From: Limisphaerales bacterium
Lineage (GTDB): Bacteria > Verrucomicrobiota > Verrucomicrobiia > Limisphaerales > JAYPXF01
Reading direction: 5' to 3'
DNA length: 64,000 nt
Assembly: GCA_047608975.1 (NCBI GenBank)
Contig: JBLFYM010000006.1
Coordinates: forward strand, 5,029-69,028
The notes under the pieces are model-generated. The model saw only the letters and a program-made list of their open reading frames with translations, did not search any database and was not told the DNA's origin. The translations under genes and the position numbers were made by a program. Shown piece by piece: positions 56,104 through 64,000 of the stretch. Each line of letters starts with the position of its first letter. Positions within the stretch are counted from its first letter, which is position 1.

Positions 56104-57462
56104 TTAGTCAAAGATCCACCTCTTTTGTAAACCTCCCCCGGGAAGCAGCAGCGCTCCGGCGCGAGCCTTACCGTCAAATTTCATTTCCGTCACCCAATCC
56201 GCTGCAAATCGAATGGGGCCAAAGAGAACGGTATGACCACTTGCGCGTCGGTTTGTGCCGCCGCGCTCCGGCCAATCCAGATCTTTCATCTGTAGAGTGA
56301 GGCGTTCGTCGGTCGAGAGCGCTGCCTGGACGCCAGGAGTCGCTGATCCGTAGATCGAGAACAGCGGGGTGGGGAAATTGATCTGCTGCACACGCTGGAC
56401 GGGCAATGACAGGTCAAGTTTCTCGGCATTGAAGCTCAGTTTGTCGCCCGCGATTTCACCCACCGTCCCCGCGAAGGTATCTCGATTCACCAACCGAATC
56501 ACGGGCTTGATGGCGTTCGTGACGACGGTTGATCCAGTGTCCTCAAAGCCACCATCCCATTCAGAGACGCGGATTTCACCGATATTCACCGAGTAGGTAT
56601 GCGAATTGAAGGAGATCCCACTTTGATCCCCTTCCAGTGTGCCCGGATCATTCCACTTCTGGATCAGGCGACCGTTGACCAGGATCGCGAGCACCGACGA
56701 AACCCGATCGATTCGCAACTCCACATCCAAGGGTCGGCTCCCATTCATCAGCGGCAGACGGGTGGAAGTTCCGATCACAGACGGTCCGATTCCGTTGCCA
56801 CGGGTCACGTTCACGTAGGAGCCGCCAATGGTGAATTCATATCCTTTGTGCGCGTAGTTGTAGCGTTCGAAACTGTCAGTGAAGATCCCGACCTTGAGAT
56901 TCAGGCTGTTCAGCCAGGTCAGTCGCAGTTTCACCTTCACACGCGGGGGCAGTTTAAACTTCTTGGCGATGAACGCGTTCTGTCCCCCGACCAGTGCGCC
57001 GTTGCGAAACCACCAGGTATTGGGAACACCGACATTCCACTCAGCCAACGAATTCGGCCCTTCATAAATGGACGCGGAACCATGAAAGAACGAAAGGGAT
57101 TTCAGCGCCTCACGTGGCGCCGTCAATTCACCGGCAAACCAGGATCGGAACTTGAGTTCACGTTTTCCGAGCGAGATGAGATCACCATAGAGAGTATCCC
57201 CGTTGAAGAAGCTGAAACGGCAGGAGTAACCGGAAGCCTGCTGCCTCACCGATTCCTGTTGAAACCGAATCGAAGTCACTGCGTCCGGTGCCACCCCAAT
57301 TGGCGAATCGGCCATCGGGGAGTTCCAGAGGATTCCATCCTTACCCCCAAACGACATCAACTGACCGCGCAAACGGGAGCCGTCGAGAAAACCCACCTCA
57401 TCCTGCCCCTTGGAAAGGCAGGCGCAAAAAAGAAGTAAAATAATCAGCAACCGCCGGTTCAT
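56104..57462 (-). CDS. Secreted hypothetical protein, paralogue B
   Basis: Signal peptide; FLDG/FFNGD modules, YEGP, LPPRVKVKLRLTW, IRVSEWDG. Confidence 0.8.
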   Translation of the reverse strand: MNRRLLIILLLFCACLSKGQDEVGFLDGSRLRGQLMSFGGKDGILWNSPMADSPIGVAPDAVTSIRFQQESVRQQASGYSCRFSFFNGDTLYGDLISLGKRELKFRSWFAGELTAPREALKSLSFFHGSASIYEGPNSLAEWNVGVPNTWWFRNGALVGGQNAFIAKKFKLPPRVKVKLRLTWLNSLNLKVGIFTDSFERYNYAHKGYEFTIGGSYVNVTRGNGIGPSVIGTSTRLPLMNGSRPLDVELRIDRVSSVLAILVNGRLIQKWNDPGTLEGDQSGISFNSHTYSVNIGEIRVSEWDGGFEDTGSTVVTNAIKPVIRLVNRDTFAGTVGEIAGDKLSFNAEKLDLSLPVQRVQQINFPTPLFSIYGSATPGVQAALSTDERLTLQMKDLDWPERGGTNRRASGHTVLFGPIRFAADWVTEMKFDGKARAGALLLPGGGLQKRWIFD

Positions 57463-58838
57463 TCGCGTGATTCCTGGGAACTCTTCGGCAAATACCAGGA
57501 TAAGTCCAATACAGGTTTTTCCCGGGTGAAATGCACACTGCGAACGAGGGTCATGGGCGATTTCTTTCGGCCGGTCAACGGACTGCGCCATTCGATCAGT
57601 TCCGCTGTCCAAGCCAGAACCTCTGCCCGTAACCAGTCACCGCTGGCAAATTGAATCCAGCTCTGCAGCCCCAGAGCATGCGGTGATTCTGCCGTCCCGG
57701 CCTGATGAATCTCAGCCACTCGTTCGAGCGGGATTTTGATCTCGTCACCTTCGTAGTTGAAACTCAGCAACCCACCGCCACAGCGGAGCGAGGCAGATTC
57801 CATCCGGTCACCATTGCGAAACAGCACCGCGGTGGATTTCACCGGCGGCTCCTCAACCACCGTCGTGCGACCGTCCCATTCGGAAACCCGGAGGTTTGCC
57901 ACACCCAGCCGAGCTTCTGATCGGAAGCTGTAGAACATCATCCCCATACCGGCACCGGAATAGCCCAGATCAGTCCAGCGCTTGATCTCACGTCCATTCG
58001 CAAACAGCCAGCCCTCGCCCTTCTGTGAATTCAACCGGAAATCCAGGTGTACCTGATTGGCGTTCGTAAACTCGCTGACCAACCCGCGGGGAACAGTAAC
58101 AGCGCGACCGGGGTTTCTTCCCCGCGACAGTGCATAGATCGCGCCCTTGCCCGAGCTGTAGAAATGATATCCCTCACCGTCCACGTAGTTCATGACGTCA
58201 CGAACGTAGCAGGCGATGCGGATTTGGGGTGTCTTACGCCAGTGCAGATCGAACTCCACCCGGGCCACGATCGGCAGGTTGCAATCAACGCTCAGTGTCC
58301 CCTTCCCTTGCGAAAGAAAAATTCCTTCGCGGAACTCCCACGAAGGTCGGCGTTCCTCGTTCTTATCCTTGTCCCCCGGCAGATCGCTGATGAACCATTC
58401 GTTGGTCGAGAACGGTCCTTCGTATTGCACATCGCTTCGTTTACCGGTCCAGCGGATGGATTTCACCGAACCCCGTGGGACCGACAATTCACCGGCGATG
58501 GTCGTCGCGAGAGTCACGCGCTCGCGATCCATGGCGACGAGTTTGCCGCTCAACAGTTGACCACCCGCCAGTTCAAGACGGTTCTCCGGCCGCTCCGAAC
58601 GATTTGTGGAGATCGACGTGTTCAGGATCGCCTGCAACTCGGCGAGGGGAATACTCCGCTCCGGTTCGCCCGGTGGTTTGAGAACAACCCGATCCGACAT
58701 AAACCCGGTCAGCGAGCCGGCGGATCGGCTGCCATCTTCAAAACGGAGGGAGACCGATGCGTCCGGAGCGGCGGACGCATCCGACTGCCAGGCAAGCATC
58801 CCGGCGACCAGAAACAACCGGATGGAATCAGCGTTCAT
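57459..58838 (-). CDS. Secreted hypothetical protein, paralogue A
   Basis: Signal peptide; FEDG modules, YEGP, LPIVARVEFDLHW, LRVSEWDG. Confidence 0.8.
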   Translation of the reverse strand: MNADSIRLFLVAGMLAWQSDASAAPDASVSLRFEDGSRSAGSLTGFMSDRVVLKPPGEPERSIPLAELQAILNTSISTNRSERPENRLELAGGQLLSGKLVAMDRERVTLATTIAGELSVPRGSVKSIRWTGKRSDVQYEGPFSTNEWFISDLPGDKDKNEERRPSWEFREGIFLSQGKGTLSVDCNLPIVARVEFDLHWRKTPQIRIACYVRDVMNYVDGEGYHFYSSGKGAIYALSRGRNPGRAVTVPRGLVSEFTNANQVHLDFRLNSQKGEGWLFANGREIKRWTDLGYSGAGMGMMFYSFRSEARLGVANLRVSEWDGRTTVVEEPPVKSTAVLFRNGDRMESASLRCGGGLLSFNYEGDEIKIPLERVAEIHQAGTAESPHALGLQSWIQFASGDWLRAEVLAWTAELIEWRSPLTGRKKSPMTLVRSVHFTREKPVLDLSWYLPKSSQESRE

Positions 58839-59910
58839 AGATCGGCAGATACCGATAGTTCAGAGCCAGCGACAGCAATGACGAACTGGTGCAAAAAGCC
58901 GTCCCAAAAGGCCCGTCCCAACTGCCGGTGCGATCCTGGGTCTTTCCCAGTGACGCAATGTTCTGCAGGTTCCACTTCCGCCACTCCGCGGGTGAAGCGT
59001 GAAAGAATGCCTGCGACGCGTAATAGAGATAGTAGTGGTAGTAGTGATTCTCCGCCGGCGCACCCTTGAGAAACGCAAAGGCGGATTTGAACTCCGGCTT
59101 TGATTTCCGTTTCGCCAGCGCGAGCACCAGCGTGCCGATCGCCGTGCGGGCTGCGTTCGGACCGGCCGCGCTGGTGTAGCCATATCCGCCATCCGGAGTC
59201 TGGCAGCTCGCAAAGTATTTCAGTCCCCGATCGATCGCCGCATCGGGAACGTAGAGCCCCGCGTTTCGGGCCGCGAACAAAGCCACCATCTGCGCACCAC
59301 TCACCGTGGTATCCGCATCCTTGCTCTCGGGCGAGTAACGCCAGCCGCCTTTGGGATTCTGTTTCTGTGATACGAGAATCAATGCCACTGCTTTCTGTAG
59401 CGCGCGTCCCAGTCCTTCGTATTCGACCGTGCCATAGGCCTCCGCCAAGGCGAGCGTGGCAAACCCGTGATTGTACATCGTGCTGCCGATGTAACCGGTT
59501 TCCTTGTTCTGCTGCGAGAGGATGAACTTCAGTCCCTGATGAACGGTTTTCGAGAATGGTCCATGGTTCGGGTCATCGCCATGAGCCAGCAGCGAAACAA
59601 TCGCCAGACCAACCACCCCCGGTTGCCGACCATAATTGTCATCCCAATATCCACCGGCGTGCTGCGTCTCGGCGAGAAAGCGCATGCCTTTCAGATACAT
59701 GTTATCGATCACCGCCGGACTCATCGCGGATTCCTCGATGAATAGCTCTTGGGCGCGGAGGGAGTTCAGGGAGGTGAAAAGCAGGAGCCCTACGATGAGC
59801 AACACATTGAAGTTTGGAGTTTGAAGCTTATTTGAAGATTGGAGTTTGCAGCTTGAAGCTTCCGCAAATTTTCCATCCCAAAACATCAACCGGCCCAAGC
59901 GCGCGTCCAT
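58828..59910 (-). CDS. Prenyltransferase/squalene oxidase repeat protein
   Basis: QHAGGYW, MYNHGFATLALAE, QNPKGGWRY, QTPDGGYGY, QDRTGSW repeats; ATG overlaps upstream TGA. Confidence 0.88.
   Translation of the reverse strand: MDARLGRLMFWDGKFAEASSCKLQSSNKLQTPNFNVLLIVGLLLFTSLNSLRAQELFIEESAMSPAVIDNMYLKGMRFLAETQHAGGYWDDNYGRQPGVVGLAIVSLLAHGDDPNHGPFSKTVHQGLKFILSQQNKETGYIGSTMYNHGFATLALAEAYGTVEYEGLGRALQKAVALILVSQKQNPKGGWRYSPESKDADTTVSGAQMVALFAARNAGLYVPDAAIDRGLKYFASCQTPDGGYGYTSAAGPNAARTAIGTLVLALAKRKSKPEFKSAFAFLKGAPAENHYYHYYLYYASQAFFHASPAEWRKWNLQNIASLGKTQDRTGSWDGPFGTAFCTSSSLLSLALNYRYLPIYER
59807..59859. repeat. Heptamer array TTG(A/G/C)AG(T/C/A) x7
   Basis: ttgaagt ttggagt ttgaagc [ttat] ttgaaga ttggagt ttgcagc ttgaagc. 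Confidence 0.85.
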
Positions 59911-62900
59911 CACAACTCCTTCTCCACTGCCTTGAAATAGCGTTCCATGATCTGTCGGAATTCCGCCGGGATCTGCCGCGTCCGACCGCTGGCACGATTC
60001 CCGGAACCATCGCCCGGGCCACCGTTCTCATTGCGCCCACCAGGGATATTCCCGGCAGTGCCGGTTCCACCGCCGTTCTCACCCGTTCCCGGACTGGATC
60101 CCGGTTTCATTCCTGGCATGCGGCTGAACGCAGTTTTCATCTGCTGCTGCGCCAGTTTCAAGAGCATCTGCATTTCTTCCATCGCCTGCTGTTGCTGCGG
60201 GCTCTGGTTTTGTGGCTTCTTCTTGCCTCGCTTGGCCTCTTCGTTGATCAGGTTGATGAGATCTGAGAGGTTCCGAATGGAGGCGATCTGGGCATCCTGC
60301 GTCGGCTTGCCGGTTTCCGGCTCGCGCAGTCCATATTCTGAATCCATCAAGGCCGTCTGGCCGTCGAGGAAAAGCTCCTTCATGACCTCATGCTCGTTCT
60401 CCATCTGGACCTTGAAAAAATCCTGCCGGATATCACGTTGCTGCTCCGACAACTTTTCCGCCGCCTGTGCGAAGGTCTTCTGCGTGCGATCTTCGTCCAG
60501 CATTCGGGTGTGCTGATGGAGACTCACCTCGTTCATGCGAATGCGGATGAAGGCCAAAAGCATCTTGATCAGTTTCTGCTGTTTCTGCTGTTCCCCCGCC
60601 TTGCCCGACCCACTCTTGGAATCCTCAGCCGGCGGTTCCAACATTTCCGCCCAGGAATTCAGACGCCGCATCCAGCGACCCAGATCCTGAATCGTTTCCA
60701 TGGCGATATTGCCACCGATGAGATTTCCGACTTCGTCCAATTCGGTCGCCGTCTTCGCCTCCTTCATCTCACGATTGACCTCGCCGTAGACCGGCTTGCG
60801 CGTGCGATCAAAGAACCGGCCGATTTCATCCTGCACCTCACCGGAATCTTTGCCGATTTTCCGTTGATCGTTCGCGAGACGACCGTTCATCAGATGATGC
60901 CGTTCCTTCAATTCATGCGGACGGAGACCGAGCGTCTCAACGATCACACTGCGAACCTGACTCACAACGACATCCTCCTTCATTGCCAGACCGCGGAGCC
61001 GCTCCGCCAAGGTAAGCGCTTCAAGATTGTCCAGGCCCTCATTGATCCGTTTCTGCATTTGTTGCAACTGCTCAAGCGCCTTCTGCTGGGCATCCTCCGC
61101 TTTCGCCAATTCCTGCTTCTGCTGGGACTGAGGTTGCGAGGGGGCTTGGGGAGACTTCGGTGACTGAGGCGATTGGGGTGACGGCGACGCTTGCTGCGAG
61201 GCCTGCTGAGAAGACGATTTGCTCGGAGCTGCCTGTGCCTCTGCCTCCTGAGCATCACGCAACGATTCCGCCGACTTCTTCATCTCCTGCTTGGCGAGTC
61301 GCTGCATCGCCGAGATGTTCTCCGTCCACTCCTTCAAGGCCTTTTCACTGATCACCGGATTGCGAATTGCCTCCTCCAGAATTCGTTGTCCCGTGCGGGC
61401 GATCGATTCGAGATGGCGATTGTTCTGTTCCTGTTGTTCCGCAAGCTTCTGCGCTTCTTTCGAATCTGCGTCGCCATCGGCCTGCTCACCGGGCTTGTTC
61501 TTCAACTCACTGGTGGCCTGCGCGATCGCCTCCTCCGTGCGGGTGATTTCCTCGACTTCGGCGAACAAAGCTTCCAGCTGTTCCTTCACCATCATGGCGT
61601 GCCGAACATTACCGATGACCCGGATGCGATAACTGGATGACTGTGCCGGTTCCCGATCCGGATAGTAGTCCAGCGCGGCGGCCCGCAGCTCAATGGTTGT
61701 GTCGGCCGGAATGCCCAGCACGGTCGGACTGAAGATGTAGCTGTTCGTAAACTCGATCGTGGTCGTATTGGTCAGCTCCGATTTCATCTCGCGAAGCCCC
61801 AGCGTATTGGTTTCGCCCTCCACCAGTTTCCAGGCAATCCCGGCGAGTTTGATTCCGAAATCATCCGAGGCAAACAAGCGCAGCTCGAGCACATCCGTTT
61901 CGAGAATCGACAGCGAAGGCGCGAGATCCAGCAACTCAACCACGGGCTGCTCATCGGGTCGGGTGCGGATAAAGAAAGGACGGGGCGCAGTGTTCGTCAG
62001 CCCAAGCTGATCTCCGATGCTGAAGAGCCCCTGCAATTCACCAAAGGGCTGAAGTTCGGGCGTTTCAAAAACGTTTCCGGAGATTGGCAGATCCAAGGCT
62101 TCGGTTCCTTCCGACCAGAATCGGACGGAAGCCAGTTCCCGGTTTGCCTCCGCGCGAAGCTTCATGGTGCTTTCTTCAACCACGGTCAGCCCCGGGCCGG
62201 AAAAGGTCAGATTGGTCACGGGATACTGCAGATATTTGGGGAGGGTGACGACCGCTTCGAGTTTTTGTACAGCGGGCGGATGAGTCGGTAGAATCATCGC
62301 CGACGCCTGCGCATCCCCGAGTTTCACCTTCAACGTTCCGGCGCGGGTTTGCCCCGGCAGATCAACCCGAATCATCCCGGCATTCACCGTGACCTCAATG
62401 GGGGGCTGTTCTTCAAATTGAATCGTCGCGCGATCAGGTTTCCACAGCCCCCGATACTTCACCCCGGCTCGGGCCGAAAACTCCCCGCCATGCAGAACGA
62501 TCATTTCTTCCGGCAGATCCGAAATCGAAACAAAGGTGAAGCGTTCAATCTCTGAAGTCGGCATCAGCCAGCGCACAAACGAATTCCAGGCTGCCGGGGG
62601 AGCGGCCAACGAGGTTCCAATGGTGGCAACGAGCAGGATGAGGAAAAATACTTTCAGGCGTCGTACCAACGTGTCGTCGATAACGCTTGTGAAATCGAAC
62701 TCCCGCGCGCCCTCTGCCACCTGCTGAATCGCGGCGCGGCGCAAGGCGGGCGACATGCGTGGCTGATTGACATCACCAGCGGCCAATTCCACGGCCCCAC
62801 GCAGGCGATCGCCAAAGCGACGATGATGAAACTGGATCATCTTTGCGAGCGAACCCAGCCCGCGCGGATCCCAGCGCCAGTTCCGTAGCCAGACCACCGC

Positions 62901-63128
62901 GCAACCGGCAACACCCAGCGCGGCCGCAATCAGCAAAGCACCACGGAGCCCGGTCGGTGAATCCCAAAACCGATCCGAGACGAAAAGAATCGCAATAGAA
63001 ACAAGCACCGTGCAGATCGCGCCCATCACCACCAGCGAAGTTTCCTTGCGGAACAGGGCCAGTTCCAAGTCTTCAAACTGGCCTTCCAGACTTTCCGGTA
63101 AGTTTGATTGTTCGTCCGGCTCGTCCAT
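59910..63128 (-). CDS. Large membrane-anchored protein with Ig-like and coiled-coil regions (DUF4175-like)
   Basis: 3 N-terminal TM, TLPKYLQY, ASDDFGI, long Q/E/K coiled coil, Gly-rich end IPAEFRQIMERYF. Confidence 0.75.
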   Translation of the reverse strand: MDEPDEQSNLPESLEGQFEDLELALFRKETSLVVMGAICTVLVSIAILFVSDRFWDSPTGLRGALLIAAALGVAGCAVVWLRNWRWDPRGLGSLAKMIQFHHRRFGDRLRGAVELAAGDVNQPRMSPALRRAAIQQVAEGAREFDFTSVIDDTLVRRLKVFFLILLVATIGTSLAAPPAAWNSFVRWLMPTSEIERFTFVSISDLPEEMIVLHGGEFSARAGVKYRGLWKPDRATIQFEEQPPIEVTVNAGMIRVDLPGQTRAGTLKVKLGDAQASAMILPTHPPAVQKLEAVVTLPKYLQYPVTNLTFSGPGLTVVEESTMKLRAEANRELASVRFWSEGTEALDLPISGNVFETPELQPFGELQGLFSIGDQLGLTNTAPRPFFIRTRPDEQPVVELLDLAPSLSILETDVLELRLFASDDFGIKLAGIAWKLVEGETNTLGLREMKSELTNTTTIEFTNSYIFSPTVLGIPADTTIELRAAALDYYPDREPAQSSSYRIRVIGNVRHAMMVKEQLEALFAEVEEITRTEEAIAQATSELKNKPGEQADGDADSKEAQKLAEQQEQNNRHLESIARTGQRILEEAIRNPVISEKALKEWTENISAMQRLAKQEMKKSAESLRDAQEAEAQAAPSKSSSQQASQQASPSPQSPQSPKSPQAPSQPQSQQKQELAKAEDAQQKALEQLQQMQKRINEGLDNLEALTLAERLRGLAMKEDVVVSQVRSVIVETLGLRPHELKERHHLMNGRLANDQRKIGKDSGEVQDEIGRFFDRTRKPVYGEVNREMKEAKTATELDEVGNLIGGNIAMETIQDLGRWMRRLNSWAEMLEPPAEDSKSGSGKAGEQQKQQKLIKMLLAFIRIRMNEVSLHQHTRMLDEDRTQKTFAQAAEKLSEQQRDIRQDFFKVQMENEHEVMKELFLDGQTALMDSEYGLREPETGKPTQDAQIASIRNLSDLINLINEEAKRGKKKPQNQSPQQQQAMEEMQMLLKLAQQQMKTAFSRMPGMKPGSSPGTGENGGGTGTAGNIPGGRNENGGPGDGSGNRASGRTRQIPAEFRQIMERYFKAVEKEL

Positions 63129-63135
63129 TAAGATC

Positions 63136-64000
63136 CTACAACATTCCCGCGAGTTTGCGGCCCGTCCAGTAAATCGCGAGCAAAAGGAGCAGCAATCCGC
63201 CCCACCAGGGATGGCTCCAGATCCGCATCCGTTTCTCGATCGGCTTGGGTTCCGGCAACAGGGTGATCGCCTCGACCACGCTGTTCAATTGCTCCATTGC
63301 CCCACTCTGCCCGCCGGTAATCGCAGCCAGTTCCCGCAACACATTGAAGTTCGCCGACTGACCGACACGTTCACGCAAGGGCTGGGTCACTTCGATCGAA
63401 GTCTCCAACTGGCGATCCGCTTCCGGCGCACTGATATCCAATTTGAACGCGCCACCTTTGCGGGGTGTGAAGCGAGTTTTGTAAACGCCCCAACCACCCT
63501 CAATCGGCTTGAAATCGAGATCTTCCAATCGGCCTCCCGGCCCTTCCACGCGGGCAACCACCTTACCCTCGTTCAGGGGAAATCCGGACTGATTCAAGAT
63601 CGATGCCTGTAAAAACACAGTCTCGCCGGCATTTGGCGATTCCGGACTGTAGGTCAGACGAATCCCCTCTCGCTCGGACAAATGGCGTTGATGCGCCATC
63701 CATCGCACCACCTGACTCCAAAACCGATAATGGTATTTGTCCTCCACTCCCCGTCGCCAACGCCAGGCGCTGTCCGTGCCCATGAACAAAACTTTCCCGG
63801 CTCCGGCCGAGCGCGTAACCAGGAGCGGAATCCGCCCCCACGCATTGCGCATCGAGGCATGCACTCCCAGCACCTCCGAACCCGGTCGACTCTTGTCTAC
63901 GGCGGCACTCCAGAAGAAGCCCGGCAGGTTCTTCCAAATCTCGGCATTCCGATTCTCGTCGGTTTCGAAGCGGGTCAGCAGATGACCCTTACCAGTGGAG
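63136..64000 (-). CDS. Large membrane protein, C-terminal part (glutamine-amidotransferase-like/vWA-associated); 5' end outside window
   Basis: Frame open to right edge: LPGFFW, GAGKVLFMGTDSAWRWR, YRFWSQVVRWM, NFNVLRELAAITGG, C-terminal TM and RKLAGM. Confidence 0.8.
   Translation of the reverse strand, partial: STGKGHLLTRFETDENRNAEIWKNLPGFFWSAAVDKSRPGSEVLGVHASMRNAWGRIPLLVTRSAGAGKVLFMGTDSAWRWRRGVEDKYHYRFWSQVVRWMAHQRHLSEREGIRLTYSPESPNAGETVFLQASILNQSGFPLNEGKVVARVEGPGGRLEDLDFKPIEGGWGVYKTRFTPRKGGAFKLDISAPEADRQLETSIEVTQPLRERVGQSANFNVLRELAAITGGQSGAMEQLNSVVEAITLLPEPKPIEKRMRIWSHPWWGGLLLLLLAIYWTGRKLAGML

Overview
64-kb window from a GC-rich PVC-superphylum bacterium, most likely Verrucomicrobia (inferred from DUF1592/DUF1552 pairs, sulfatases, exosortase and C-terminal RFYRL-type tails). 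Family assignments come from motif recognition only; no database search was run. Layout: (i) 1-6.5 kb pilM plus an EPS/exosortase-EpsI cluster; (ii) 6.6-23.3 kb secreted hydrolases, two DUF1592/DUF1552 modules and a sulfatase; (iii) about 23.4-51.2 kb, an apparent genomic island at the 3' end of tRNA-Thr(CGT), bounded by a 15/16-nt direct repeat of the tRNA end and a perfect 41-bp inverted repeat. Its edges are decayed (ori-like repeats, start-less DEDDh exonuclease, deleted HNH, group IIC intron stub, REPIN, radical SAM pseudogene). Its core is an intact, apparently zinc-starvation metal-acquisition system: ZnuD-like TonB receptor, two choice-of-anchor-M surface proteins (one with four domains at exact 600-bp spacing), a DUF2946-like RAPP-ending leader ORF, an atypical Fur-family regulator, COG0523 GTPase, TlpA proteins (one with a His/Cys CETD repeat), MerC, a split ABC system and a TonB2/TtpC-type operon. 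Five copies of an AWTGCAAA-N3-WTTGCAAT palindrome sit at its three divergent promoter regions; (iv) 51.4-64 kb two response regulators, a sulfatase, DUF192, three tandem paralogues of unknown function and a prenyltransferase-repeat/DUF4175-like cluster.
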